A DNA stretch of 64,000 nucleotides from Camelus dromedarius (Eukaryota). This document shows, piece after piece, positions 41,598 through 55,890 of this stretch (position 1 is its first letter; every line of letters begins with the position of its first letter). The stretch spans positions 39,558,001 through 39,622,000 of the forward strand of contig NC_087436.1 in the NCBI RefSeq assembly GCF_036321535.1. The letters run 5' to 3'. The notes under the pieces were generated by a model, which was not told where the DNA came from, made no database searches, and saw only the letters and a list, made by a program, of their open reading frames with translations. The translations under genes were made by a program, and so were the position numbers.

Positions 41598-44500
41598 CTA
41601 AAAGAATGAACAAGTAAGGAAAAAGTTCCTTTCAACCAACTAATAAGTTGAAACTTAGCTTCTTTTTTTTTTTTTTTTTCTCATGGAAGATTATGACAAG
41701 CTGCTATCATTATTCAACTCTTAACGAATATCCCGAAAATCTTTCAGAATCTGGGAAGGTGGGGCTGACATCAGTATAGCTGGAATATTGAAGATTGAGT
41801 TGAAGAAATATGTTAAAACTAAAAAGGACGTTGAATTATTTTAGCCATTTATCTATTTTAAACCTCCAAGTCAGTACTTCTGTTATGAAGTCTCGTATGT
41901 TCCAGAATCTTAAGAAATAAAACAAAAGGGAAGTAAAAAGGAGACTTTAAAAATATTGGAATTGCCTATGTTACACTGTAATTCTAATAGGCAAAAATTT
42001 TAAGGATGTCACTTCTATCAAGTTCTACATGTGCATTAGAAAATGAAGTCAATTATTAACCTAATGTGATTCTTAGGAAATGGCATTTTAAATTAGAACA
42101 AATATTTGCGACACAAATCATAGTTTCTGCTCTAGTCTGAAAGAACTACTGCAGGCTGTAGTAATTGCCCTAAATTCTAAGTCTGAAGCATGCCAGTTCC
42201 AGAAGTATGAAAGACATTATGCATTTGATTAGTAATTTTTATAAAGAGTCACAAACAAAATGATAAAAGATCACTTTGTAAAAAGACTTCTCTTCATCCT
42301 TTGTATGTGAAAGCCATTATTTGCTTCAATTATCCATATTTGTGATAAGGACATTTTTTCAAATTCTTACAGCTTTCCTGGTTAAATATCAGTACAATTA
42401 TAAAAGAAGGTGTGAACAAAAGCTGTGCAAGATGGTCCACTCTCGAGCTAGATTTTATAGAATGATTTCTTTAAGATATGCACTTGTCATTATATACTTG
42501 AAGTAGCAGAAAATTAATGAGTATACTTTGGAGAGATACAAGTTTTACAGAACCTTACCCAGGTGGGTCTTCTGCTTATTATCCTGAGCAAATTGATCTT
42601 CATGTTTTCGGTCTTGATTTTAAAGCATATTTGGTTCAGTAAGTGCTTTAGAAATAGTACCTGTATTGGACTCCTCATGCCTTGTGACCCTCTATACATA
42701 TACTAGTTCTTTTTCTTTTATTTGAATATATATTATAATAAATTTCAATCTAGTCCTTGGAAAAATTTCCTAGAAAACATACTTCTCAGCTCAATCAGTA
42801 CATTATATATATTGCTGTGTAATTCAAAACTTTATATATCCTATTTATTTTGGTAAACTGACTAAAGTTATACCTCTAGAAGCTATTTTATCTTGATGAA
42901 ATAGTTAAAACAACTTCAGTTTAATTGCAGACTATTAGCTCTGATGATGTTTACATTTTAAAGCACTACACAGTTTCATAGTGTTATGCACAAAATCAAT
43001 GACAAAAAAGAATAAAGTGCAAAGGTATCCTAGCTGAATCAAATATATTCCTTAACAATTCATGGAAATGTAATTTTCTAAATTAAATTTTATATAGCAC
43101 TTACTCATTTATTTAACAAATACTTTTTCTAAACTCTATGCAAGTCCATGTGGGAGAACACAAAGATATATCCTTTCTATTTTTGAAGGAGTTAAGGTAT
43201 GTTAGGGTAAAGAGAAATATGTCAAAGCCACATAATGAGATGCCCACATGTAATTAAATGCCAAGTTTACATTCTGAAAGTACGTGATTCTGAATTGCTT
43301 TTAAGATTCCATCTGAGTATTCATGCTTGAAAAACTATGGCAACATACAGAGCCATCTTTGGGATTTGATTGCCTAGATGATTCTATGCAAAAGAGAGAG
43401 AGAAATGAAAAGAAATGTGAGTTTTGTGTACTTCTCAAATTATTTTTGAGGGAAGAGAAAGTGCCAGGCTGCACCCTGCAACTCTGGGGAGGATCACCCT
43501 TGCGGAGAGGGTGAGAGTCACTGTGAGCCCTAGGATGGTCAGTGGACCACCAAAGGAAGCTGAGGAGATAATCTGAGTGTAAGAGGGTCATGCCCATTGC
43601 CTTGCTCCCTACACACAATGCTACAGGACACCAAACATGTTCCTTGAAACAGCTCTCCTGTGTAGAGAAGGAATAGGAGGGTTTTAGGCATTCTGTTGGG
43701 AACTGCCTTCTAGAATTGTTTCTGGGAGTGTAACACTATCATATTCAAACTCTGGGCCATTGATGAGCCCCTGGAAGCCTTATAGCTGCTGACAATAACT
43801 AGGAGATGGTTATGAAAGCCATAGCCAACAAGAATCTTGGCCAATGGGACTTCAAGCCAATATCCTGTTACCTAAGGCCTAAATCTGGGATAACTGCCAA
43901 TAAATGTCCCCAGTAAAGATCACGTAGGAGGCTGCCAGCAGGATTAATGGGAGTCTCTATCAATAGGCATCTCTGTTAGAAAGAGTAAGCAGATAATCAG
44001 GATCTGTAGTTTAACTGCGTAAAGGTCTCTGGCTCTCTCCACAGTCACATTTAACAACCAGCGGGTAGGATAGAGAGTGCTGGTTTTCCATCAGTTCCTT
44101 ATTGAGTGAGGATAAAACTTACCCAGTAGACAATGCACTAGGACAGAAGCCTCAGAGACTCTGGTTAGGGCGCAAACACCTTGAAATCTTGTAAGTTTTT
44201 ATGTTCCTAATGTTACAAGATGATCTGTTACAGGAATTGGGAGGAGATCAGTGTAGGCCTGACTTAGGTACTGAGCTGCTATACATATGCCAAGGTGCTT
44301 TACAGTAAATTCTGTAAGTTATGGGACTTGACATTGAGGAACAAAGGGAATAGGAATAGGTAGAGAGTGGTCAGAAAGTCTTTCAAGGTGGAAAGAATGA
44401 CAAAGTCCTGGACACAGCAATGTTGTTGTGGACCTCTGTGGCTGGAGTGAATCTGTGTGAGCTATAGGAAAATAAGAAATAGAAAGATAGACTTAGTTTA

Positions 44501-46384
44501 AATTGTTTTCAGGTCCCTGAAGAGCTTTTAAAGGGTATGGAAAGAACTAGAAGGAATGAGGTTAGGAAGGCCAAGATGAAGGCAGCATTTTAGAAGGATT
44601 AAAAGGTTGGCACTGTGTACACGATGGACTGCAGTGAGGGGTGGGGAGACGCTGCAAAGTCAGAACACAGTCTACACATGGAAGTCAGGGCAGTAAATTA
44701 GGCTGTGGGAAAGGAAGGAAATAAAATCTGTATTATAAAGGAATTATTAATGGACTGTACAGACTGATCGGAAGGATCCAGTCAGTGTGATGTTCAAATG
44801 GCAGAGCTGAATTAGGGACAGTAAGATGGCGTAAGCTGGTGGAAAGGGAAGATAGTAAGTTTCATTCAAGGCATTATGAGTTTGATTTGTGAATAGATCA
44901 TAAAAAAGCACAGTTTCCCTCCTCTCATACAATAGAATATGGGTGTGATCCAGGTAAGGTTCACTCCTCAGTTCCCTGCTCTTTTTTCTTGGCAGTCTGT
45001 CCCCAGGAGGGCATATTGGCTATTGTCCTCTCAACTTACAGCTCTACTTGGATGACTCCAAGCCCTGTCCTCTCTCTCTAACTGCACAACCAACTGCCTG
45101 CTGAACATCCCCCACTTGGAAATTCTCATCCAAGGGCTCACAAAGCCATAAGAGTTTCCATGGATTGTTGCACAAAAGAAACCACAGGGACAGTTCCATC
45201 AAAGCAGGAACTCTGTTAGAGCCCCTATTACTGCAAGATTCATGCATTTACGTACAGGTTAAACATGTTTTCAGGAGAGACCAAAATAAACGTATCTCAT
45301 GTGACATATCCAAGCAAGTCCCCTGGCAGTACAAGAAGAAACAGAAATAAAAGAGAATACCATTCAATAAAGTCCTTGAAGACTTAAGTTTACTGTTCTA
45401 CTATGACTGCATGTGATTTAAAAATGGCAGGCAAGTATTGGTCTGCTTTTACATTATAATACAACCCAGGTCAAAAAGACTGGCAGCTGGAGGCACAGTG
45501 AGTTCATTTTCAGTAAAGGGGAATGGCAGACTGCGATGAAATGTGGCCATTATGTCCACATTGAGCATTTACAACAGGTTTTATTGAGGGGAAAGTTAAG
45601 ATGGAAGTTGATCCAAGTTAAATGTCATTATCCAATCTGGAATTTTTGCAGATCTAGGAAAACTGTCTGAAAAGAAATCAGTTACACCTAATTTTAAGAG
45701 TAGACATCTGTTCAAACACAGTTTGACAAAGTTATAGGGCCTGAACATGTAGTGTTCTGCATGGCGCTCCTTCCCCGTGCGGCTAAATCAGAAGGCCCAC
45801 TCCTAACTTCACCAGTTCTCTTTGGATTTTCTGAGTTGGGGAAAAGTGGGATTTAATTACTTACTTTGCGAGGTCTCACAAAGTATTAGGGAATAATATA
45901 TCTTGACACTATACATTTGTCACCAGTGTAGAAACACAACACAAAATAGAGAAGCTTTGGAGAGAATTTGACAGTGTATATAAATGACTTAATTAACACC
46001 CCCTCTCATTTGTACTCTGTATTCTGATCTGTTAATGATTATGGAGGACATGTGGCTTCTTGCTGTAAATAGCTGAGTTTCTTTTTGGTCTGACATGATA
46101 AAGGGAAGGACATGGTTTGGCTTGTAAAAGAGTGGCACAGTTAATACAGAGAGAGATGGAGTTAGTTTTACTTGCTGAATAACCTTTTCAAGAAATGATG
46201 GCTTCTATAAATTATCCGCAACTTAGATGTAATGTTTCCTTAGTATTTTGATATCAGTGTCTGCTTTATAGCAGTAGTGTCAGTAAAAAACATTTTAAAG
46301 TTATATTTGAAGAACTGAAAAGAAGCTCCTTTAATTAAAACATCCTTTGCTTAGATAAAAATATGTTTCCTGCTTGTATGGAGC

Positions 46385-46479
46385 TTTTCTTAATGCTGGG
46401 GACTGAGGCACTGGGGATTGAATCCAGGTCCTTGTGCATGCTAAGCATGTGCTCTACCACTGAGCTATACCCAGCCCCC
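46385..46479 (-). mobile_element. tRNA-derived SINE, short form
   Basis: ctggggattgaatccaggtccttgtgcatgctaagcatgtgctctaccactgagctatacccagcccc. Confidence 0.85.
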
Positions 46480-46563
46480 TATTATGCTTTTGATATTTTG
46501 CTCTTCTCTTTTGTTCTTTCTTCCAATGAAGAGTATAAATCTGGCAGAATTAGTTGTACCTTA

Positions 46564-46770
<207 letters not shown>

Positions 46771-46814
46771 CTAAGACCAAGCAAGTGTTAGTTAGAATGT
46801 GGTAAGATTTTTTT

Positions 46815-47212
46815 TTAACTTATGATGATAGTTTTATTATAGCAAAAAGATACAAATTAGAACCAGCCAAAGGAAGATACACATAGGGCAAGATCTGGAA
46901 AGTCCCATAGGTGAAGCTTCTTTTTGTCCTCTCTCCCTGGAGTCCAGATATTACCTCCTCCTGGCTACACATAAGGTGTGACAATACTCAAAAAGACAAT
47001 TGTCGACTATACATCAATAAAAAAACAACAAACAAAATAAGACAATTGTCAACTAGGTAGCTCACCTGAGCGTCAGTGTCTTGAATTTTTATTGAGGCTT
47101 CATTACAGAACCATGATTAGTTGAATTGTTGCCCATATGGTTGAACTCAATTTCCAGCCTCCTTCCCCAGAGGTTAGGTTGATGTCACTTTGCCTAAAGC
47201 ACTAATCTTTTA
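46815..47212 (-). mobile_element. MER21-like LTR internal fragment
   Basis: ttattatagcaaaaagatacaaattagaaccagccaaaggaaga...tttttattgaggcttcattacagaaccatgattag...ttgaactcaatttccagcc is the reverse of motifs seen in the 26006 and 53169 copies. Confidence 0.62.
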
Positions 47213-47286
47213 GTCTTTTAAAAATTGAAATATACTCAGTTTACAATATTGTGTTAATTTCTGCTGTGTAGCATAGTGAGTCAGTT

Positions 47287-47310
47287 TATCTATCTATCTA
47301 TCTATCTATC
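47287..47310 (+). repeat. (TATC)6 microsatellite at the end of a short minus-strand L1 3' fragment (about 47215-47286)
   Basis: aaattgaaatatactcagtttacaatattgtgttaatttctgctgtgtagcatagtgagtcagtt followed by tatc x6. Confidence 0.85.
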
Positions 47311-47900
47311 TGGTAAAATTAATGTGATAAATATTAAGACCTCTAGACTTGGTGAAGCTGGATAGCCATTCCACCAGTCTTGCTGGTGATACATTTATTG
47401 TTTTAGAAGTGGTGGGAAGGACTAGTGATTTTAATGAATAATGTGAAAGAGGCTGCATTCAGTGCATCTTGTCCCAGCCACCTGTTTTTCTAGTCTCTCA
47501 ATTTCGGTTAAGTTAAATGGCAAACGCTTGCTACAAACAGCACTCAGCACTTATAAAACTAATATTTATTAGAGGGGCAGAACTCATTCTGAATTCGTTA
47601 GACTTGCTAACAGGATTTTATTTTGCCTGTAGCCCAGTTTCTACCAAGTTTGTCGCATTTCTGTTGGTCCCTCAGCTAGGGGGCCAGTAAGAGACAATGT
47701 ACCCTGTCTCGATAGGAGCACACACTTTTGATTAAGAAATGTGGTCAAATGTTATAGAACAAATTTATTTGAAGTCAAAGCCCTAGTTACAGTGAAAGTA
47801 GAAGGTATTGAAAGAGCCAAACAATCTGGAAATTTAGTTGATTTGAAGTCCAGCAGCTTTAACACATAAAATGAGTCTAATTTAAAAAAATAGTTTCAAA

Positions 47901-47903
<3 letters not shown>

Positions 47904-47951
<48 letters not shown>
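47904..47951 (+). repeat. (AC)24 microsatellite
   Basis: Perfect dinucleotide run read directly. Confidence 0.97.
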
Positions 47952-47953
<2 letters not shown>

Positions 47954-49404
47954 CTTTCTTCTGTTTACTTGGTCCTAATCAGGGCTGGAAATTCCAAAAA
48001 TAAAATCTCTGGACAATTTTGGAGGGAGCTTGGGACAACTTTGTATAATTGTAATCATTTCTCTTCGTTTGAGATGGTCCATTAATCCTGATAGTCTGTT
48101 TGCAGAAAAGATGAACTATCTTTTATTAAAAGAACACTCATGGCTTCAGTAGTAGACGTGCATTTTTTCCTCCTGAATGATACTTTATTTTTCTATCTGT
48201 ATTTTTCAATTGCTTTATAGTCTTCGAAATTTCCACCCAAACAGACTTCCTTTGAAATACTCATGGTTTTTCTTCATGCCAAAGTGCAATTTCACATACA
48301 GAGAACCATAGTAATGGGCTGCTAAATGCCTGAATTGTAGAAATATGCTACAGATGGATATGGAAGAAGTGGAGAAGGCATGGCTTTGTTTTTCAGTGTA
48401 ACTAATGACAGGAGCTGAAGGACATATATGAGCACCTGAACACAGGAGGAAAATGGGTTGCCAATGGTTTGCCATTACCTAAGTGACTGTCAGACTCCTT
48501 CTATATGGCATAAGAGGCTCTCAAAATTTGACTTCAACCTACCTAACATAGCTTATCTCCTATCAGTGTTCATCTTCCCCACCCCCAATGATTCCCTTCA
48601 CAGCTTTGCTGTCCATTGTGTACGTTGTCTACCCAGTTGGAATGCCCCTTTCGTCTTGTGAACTCTTCATCTTTCAAAACTCAGTTCAGTCAGCTGGAGT
48701 TGAGGATGCTGGAAAGGGAGCTGCTGTGGTGGTATTACAGGTAGAGTGGATTATACCTGTGTTTCTGAAGGATGAGAGGAGCATTTCATGTTCTTCATTT
48801 TATTTGCATCTTTGTAGAAATGACCACAACTAGGCAGTTATTGCTATATCATTTAGAATTTTGCTATAAAGTCAATGGAAATATCTCATTGCTTTTCCCC
48901 CTTTGTTTTTAGAAACTCAAACTAAAGCAAATTACTTAACAACACATACTTTCTGTGAGAAAAGTCAGTGAAGTATTTATCGGAAGTGGTTTAAGAATAG
49001 GGGTGCAGTGATAATGGACCAATTGAAAGAAAACGAATTTCAATCACAGAAATTTAGAGAAAAATAATGAACAATTGCAGGTTAATAGTTTTTAAAAGGG
49101 TAAAGGATGAAGCCAGGATGAAATTCACAGTAACAGGAACTACATTATAAAAGTCAAGTATCTCCAAGTTTGTGAGGAATTGTGCTGGTAGAAAGCTCAA
49201 GGTAGTTTTGAATGCCTGTTAGTGGTCACCTATGTCTTCAGAACACCGTGTAAGAAAAGGACGGTTCAGCACAGCAGACACATTTCCCTTATTTTGAAAT
49301 ATTCCCAAATATTTGCAAACCAACATATATCCAATTTTTGTTTTTATTTTTAGCTTTTAATACTAAAGAAATACTGAGATTTTTTAGTCTCCTCTTTTAT
49401 TCAC

Positions 49405-49675
49405 GTATGGGCACAGTGTGACCCAGTGGCAGAAAAACCCTGCTTCTGGAGTTAAACCTATCTGGCCATTTCAGTCTTGCATTTACCACCTGTGTGGCTT
49501 TGGAGAATGATTTATGACCTCTAAGCCTCATGTCATGGTCTCTCAAATGCTAGTCATATGAGTACTTACCTCCAAGGTGTTCAGAGGAAATTAAATCATA
49601 TAATACATGGAAAGCATTGAATGCAGTTCCTGAAACATAATACACATTCAGTGGATGTTGTTTCTTATTGTTGTC
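49405..49675 (+). mobile_element. MIR SINE
   Basis: tgtgtggctttggagaatgatttatgacctctaagcctca...gtacttacctccaaggtgtt...ataatacatggaaagcattgaatgcagttcctgaaacata. Confidence 0.72.
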
Positions 49676-50349
49676 ATCACTGCCCTGCTTCCATTTTAAA
49701 ATAAGCTATGATTCTACTTAAGTCAACTATAATGTGGAAGTTATGAAAATACTGGGCCATTCTTTTTTTTTTTTCAGCAGAGTTTCTGTGACTTCTGTCC
49801 CACTGTCCCTTCTCGGGCTTGCGTTCCCCTGATCTGTCTAAATACTCTGAACCAATGCCGTGTGGCTCTGGCCTGTGAATCACTGAGAGTTACAGTTAGT
49901 AGATAAAGGCAACAGAAATTGACCCCCAAATTTGCATTCAGTACCAGCGAGAACACCTGAAATCTTACTGCATAGAAAAGTTTGGGCTAAGACTGCAGCT
50001 AGTATGTTCTGTAAGGCAGACTATTATGTTTTAGAAGATTTAGTCATAATGCTAAATTCTTGACTGATTATTCTCTTCCAGATCTTTTAACTTGCAATTA
50101 ACATTATCATTTTGTAATCTGGGGCAGAAAGTCTAAAATCGTAGACATTTCAGCCTAAAAAGCTAATTCTCTTTATCCTTTTCATTAATCCTTGATTGAA
50201 AGTAACATCTCAGATCTAGGAATTTTGTAATCTGTCAAGATTTCCATAGTAGAGGACATACACTGAAAAAACTGGTGAATATGGCTATGTTACTATAAAA
50301 TGTATATGAAGTATTTAGAACATAAGTGGGATTGATTAGTCTCACAATT

Positions 50350-51270
50350 GAACTCGTCCTCCCCACCTCTCAGCTCTACCAGAAATGCTCCCTGCCCCAG
50401 TGTTCCTCTGTGTCACTAAGTGACACGATCAATTATCAACCAACTAGTTGCTGTGTCAAAAATAGAGGCTATTCTTGACACCTGTTTCTTCATTCGCTCA
50501 TAAATCTAGTTCATTATCTTGCCCTATCATTAAAACTCTAGTATAAACCTTAAATCTATCCACTTTTCTCCAGTTCTGTCATCATCATCATCACGCTAAT
50601 TCAATCTACCACTTTGTTCCCTGGCTCCTAACTCTTCCACCCATCTCCTATCTTGCCAGCTTCCAATCCACTGTCTACATAGCAGCCAAAGTAATACTCA
50701 AAAGACTCAGATATGACCATGGGACTTCCTACTCAGAATCCTTCTGTGGTTTCCCTTTGCACTTAAGAGAAAATACGGAATCCTTAGGATGGTCACGGGC
50801 CTTACCTGGTAGGACCTTGCTTCACTTTCTTGCCTCATTTTGCACCACTTCCACCCTTCATTGTAGTCTAGTCACATTAATCTTTGCCTAAAACTCACCA
50901 AGCAGTTTCCTACCTCAGGATCCACCCATATGTGGTTTTCCCAGACTGGAATTTCCCTCCTTCAGCTCTTCACCTAGATAAATGATACCTCTTTTAGGTA
51001 ATTAATTCTGTCATATCTTCATAGAAGCCTCCACTGACAAGTTATAATCTATATAAAGTCCACATTAAGACTTGTTTTAGTAGCATTCATCTGGTTTTCA
51101 CAGTACACAACATAGCTTGTCAATATTGCTTCATGTAATGACTTCTCAATGTTTCTCTTTCTCATTAACCAATAAGCTCCATGAGTTCTGGGTTCTGTTT
51201 TATCCACAGCTGTATGCCCAGTGTCTTGCCAGCAGCAAGCACTCAACAAATATTAGTGAACAAGTGTGTA
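50350..51270 (+). mobile_element. LINE-2 3' fragment
   Basis: Pyrimidine-rich L2 body (catagcagccaaagtaat...ccttctgtggtttccc...cctacctcagg) ending taagctccatgag...cccagtgtcttgccagcagcaagcactcaacaaatattagtgaa (L2 3' terminus). Confidence 0.75.
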
Positions 51271-53168
51271 ATATTAGTGAAATATTAGTGATTCTGACCA
51301 CCCTCTTCTCATTCTAATTTTTACTTTCTCAATTATCTTAACCTGTCAGTTCATCTGCAAAATGGACATATAGTGACTTACAGGGAAATTTAACACCTAT
51401 GTAAGTAATACCTGAAAACACTTTTGAGACTATAGTTTAAAATTATTATTCAAGTGAAAAACAGACATTATTATGAATTTATATTTAAACCATACTGTAT
51501 GGAATTAAAAATTGCAGTATTTTCCTAAATTGTGCATTCAAATGTTTCCAAATAGAGAATGTGAAGATGATACAGTTTTATCAAGCAAATGTGATGTGAT
51601 ATTTCTTAGAAAAATTTCCCCAAAACTAAAAGAAAAAAAGGAAAAAAATTGTCATTCAAGTACTTGAGCAACACAATAACTTCATTCCTGAAGAATTCAT
51701 TGTTTATTATTGTCTTTGATATTTCTTTATTTAAATTCTTGCTAGTAATTAAGAATAGCATTTTACTTTTAATATTTTTCTCTATTTCCATCTTTCTAAA
51801 AAGACAAAACTTTTAAGTTTTCAAAAATAACCTGATGACTTGTTTCCTATTTCCGTATTTGTCAGATTAGCAAGTATACAAACTAATGTAATTAAAAAAC
51901 CCATGATAGGAAATCAAACACACATTCTACACTCTATAGTAGAAAAAATCTAAAACTTCATTACAAATGTAATTTATAAATACTTCTAAATGCTTTTCTG
52001 TGGTTCATTTTGGTTAGAATGTCCCATTCCCTCAGTTCATGCTTTGGTTAACTTTTTCATGGTACTGAGAATTTATACTTAAAATTAAAATGGGCTTACG
52101 TTAAAGCTTCTCTGTGTTTACATTTGGTGGTATATTTTAGAGTTGTTTCTAGACAAAAATTGTTTTGCTTCGATTTTTAAAAGTGTCATCCTTAAAAGCT
52201 GTGGTTGTTTGAGATGTTATTTCACATAGAAAATAATACATTTTTACAGGTGACAGGAGTATGTTTGGAAAGTGGAATTAAAACCTTTCACATAAAAGAC
52301 ACTTCTGTACACACACACACATGCACGTATATACACTTACACACTACGTGTGAAGCAAAATTTATAAAACTATTCTCTTGAATTTCAGGAGCATTTTAAA
52401 GCTTTTAAAGACAATGTTGGTAAAATTAATGGACCACACATGAACCTGTTGGGCCTCAGGCACTCGAAGAAGGAGTTCTATAGCATTTGCTGTGACTTGG
52501 GGGAAGTAAGAAATGACAGTGATGGTGGCTCAATATATGTAAAATTACTATTTAAAGGAATCTTCCTTCTTCCCTAGACCCAAACCAGGCAAATCAGGAT
52601 TTATCTGTAGGTGAAGGAATTAGGTTTGGTACTGAATGCTAAGAGTGTAAACATTAGAGTATGTTCCTGTGATAAATGATATTTCTGGTATGGTTTGAAG
52701 TGAAAGATCTTGAAAGAAATAATTACCTTAGGTAAGTATAGGAATCTGATTTTTCATTTTTTTAAATTGTGAAATTTATAAAGGGGTTGTGCAAGTAGTC
52801 ACTAAGGTTCAGATTTAAAATTCTGTGTTTCTTTGACATAATCTTTGTGGTTTTAGAAGTGATCTATTTGGATGCTAAATATAAGTGCACTATTTTTAAT
52901 CCATGATCAAATCTTAAACAAACATGTATAGTTTTCTTCCTATATATTTAAGAAAGTGAAAACCTCCTAAAATGTGATGGGCATATTTACATAAATTTGG
53001 TTAATATTTATAGATTTGGCCACTAGATTTCTTTCTAGTTTTTTTTTACAGGGTACTCTTTAATTCATAATATAAATTGTTTGCTGGCTGGTATGTGAAA
53101 ATCTGCAGTGATGATCATATTTTTAATAGATTTGGTTTAAGAGTTTAAAATCATCCTTTGTTGGCAGC

Positions 53169-53570
53169 TGTTGTATAATTTAAAAAATTGGCTGGTCTTT
53201 ATCATCCCTGGTTCCCAGGAGGTAAGCCCTAAATCCTTGGAATTTTCTGAGTGATAGGAATGTCTCTATTATTCATGGTGGGTCCCTGAGATCATATCTG
53301 AGTTTATATTAACTGGATGACTCAGTGCAGAGTTTAGCCGTGCCAGAAAGACCAACTATGCAACTAGAGAGTTGGGCTCTGAGCCAGGTTACATCAGCGT
53401 TTCCTCTAGGTAGGAGACATGAGTTGGAGACTGAGTTCAAACACATGGCCAGTGACTCAATCAATCATGCCTATAAAATGAAACCCCACTAAAGACTCTG
53501 CACACCAAGGCTGAAGTGGGCTTTCCTAGTTAGTGATATTCTTATGGTCCAGAAGCCCCAGGAGGATGAT
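53169..53570 (+). mobile_element. MER21-like LTR, 5' part
   Basis: Colinear similarity to the 26006 element (ccagaaagaccaac, ttattcatggtg, aatcaatcatgcctataaaatgaaacccc). Confidence 0.68.
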
Positions 53571-54562
53571 ATTATTTGTCTCACAATTTGGATTTAAAAA
53601 TAAAACCATGGCTATAGTAACGAAAGTTACATAAGTCTTTGGATAAAGGTGTTAATAATGAGCTCTTGTGAAACAGAGTGGCATTATGGTAACTCGTAAG
53701 ACAGAAGTGTGACCTTATCACTCTGAAGTTACTCAGATCTGCAGAAGAGTCTGTAGTGTTTCATTAACTATATGCTCTTTTTTTTTAGAATCCACATATG
53801 AGCGATCTCATATGGTATTTTTCTTTCTCTTTCTGGCTTACTTCACTTAGGATCATTGACTATAATATACAGTGAGAGAAGAATTTTATTTTTCTCATAT
53901 TCAAAGATAGCCAAACCCATGACAATAAAATGATCAAGTGTCTCCCAGGAAATCTTGGGGACGGGAAGCAGCTTAGTGTCATGGAGAAAGCACAAATTTA
54001 GAAGTCCTGGGCTCAATCTCAGTGATGCCCTTCATTCGCTGTAGGACCTTGGGCAGGTAATACTACTTCACCACACCTCAAGTCCTTTATTTGCCAAGTA
54101 AGGGTAACGAAACAAATTATCTCCCTGTGTTGTAGAGAATGAAAGATGGAAGCAACATTATAGGTCAATTACCATTTAATTTCCTTTCATCTAATTAACA
54201 TTATTCTCTTTCTCATTGAAACAATAACAAATAAAACAAGGAAACAAAGGTAAACAAGAATCCTTCCACAAAACTCAGGATCTTATTTCAGAGAGGACAC
54301 TCCTTAAAAGAAGATGCATTATCATTGTCAGTCTTATCTATAAAAGTTTTACCAAACCGTATACAGTTCTTCTGGAAAAAGTAATTGATATTATGTATAA
54401 AGTAGGAGGTAGACATATCCTTAGTGAATGATAAATTTGACAAGGCCGTAACAATGACATTAGCATGGTCCTCTTCAAATACTGCCCCAAGTTAACAGCT
54501 GAATTATTTGAAGAACTTAAATGAATTTAGTAAGCCAAATGCATTAAGAAATTCCAGAAACA

Positions 54563-55015
54563 GGTATAGAAATATCAAATCACTATGTTCTATAACAGGA
54601 ACTAACACGGTCAATTATACTTCAAAAACAAACAAACAAACTCATAGAAAAAGAGATCAGATTTGTAGTTACCGGATGTGGGGGGGGGGTGGAGGAAGGG
54701 GAAATAGGATGGAAGTAGTCAAAATGTACAACCTTCCAGTTATAAGATAAATAAGTACTAAAGATGTAATATACAACATGATAAATATATAATGAAAATT
54801 GTTAAAGAGTAAATCCTGAGAGTTCTCATCACAAGGAAAAACATTGTTTTCTATTTCTTTAATTATTGTATCTATATGAGATGATGGATATTCACTAAAC
54901 TTACTGTGGTAATCATTTCATGATGTATCTAAGTCAAATCATTCTGTTGTATACCTTAAACTAATACCACGTTGTATGTCAATTATATCTCAATGAAATG
55001 GGTAGGGGAAAAAAC
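54563..55015 (+). mobile_element. LINE-1 3' end (L1MA-like) with perfect 16-bp TSD
   Basis: cttccagttataagataaataagtactaaagatgtaatatacaacatg...gttctcatcacaagg...tgtcaattatatctcaat. TSD agaaattccagaaaca at 54547-54562 and 55016-55031. Confidence 0.88.
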
Positions 55016-55744
55016 AGAAATTCCAGAAACAAGAGTTAAGCTAATAATTCAGTACCAATACAGAAAAAGGGTTACAAAAGGTATGTATACTCAGCTTTAA
55101 CCTTCATTTTCACTTGTAACCTCTAAGGTAAAATTATTTCGTGGAGAGTGACAGATCTTCTTCTAGTCTTCCCTAATAACTATGTAATTTACTTAAAGTG
55201 AGTTTCCATTTAAGAGAGCATGCTGGTTTCCTCTCTCAGAGTTCCCTTCAGAATTTCTGAAGTGTCGCCGTATCTTTGTTGAGTGTCTCATAAGTAAACA
55301 CATCACTAAAGCGTGCACTTTTGTAAGAATACTCAAAAGAATGATGTAAACACTTGTACTTTTCACAGGCCAGGCTAATTTTTTTTTAAATTGCTAAAAT
55401 TTCTTCAAGTAAACACATGAAGGAGTTTGTAGAAATGTTAAAAGAAAGAAAAAAAAAGCCCCAAAGAATTTATGAAGCTTATTTTAGGCTGTAGCAAAGT
55501 AACTGAAAATAAAATTATCTAGAGGCACAATGGAGGAATTGGAGGGTTTAGTTTAATTCAGCTTTCTCAGAGTTTGAAGCCACGAATTTAATGTGGACCT
55601 TTGGGGGTCCCTGAGAGGTAATAAAACTGTAAACTATTCAGGGACAGGCTTAAATTCCCAAAGTACTTGCCAACACATTTAATCTTTCTGAAGATATGTA
55701 AGGTTGATTAGATCGGGAATCTTAAAGTCTGTATGGTACTATTA

Positions 55745-55890
55745 AAATTTTTTTTTAATTTATCTTTTTTTGAGGGGGAAGTGATTAGGTTTGTTTATTT
55801 ATTTATTTTAATGGAAGTACTGGAGATTGAACCCAGGACCTCATGCATGCTAGGCACGTGCTTTACCACTGAATTATATACCCTTTCCCC
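55745..55890 (-). mobile_element. tRNA-derived SINE (camelid Vic-1-like)
   Basis: gggggaagtgattaggtttgtttatt...gattgaacccaggacctcatgcatgctaggcacgtgctttaccactgaattatataccc. Confidence 0.88.
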
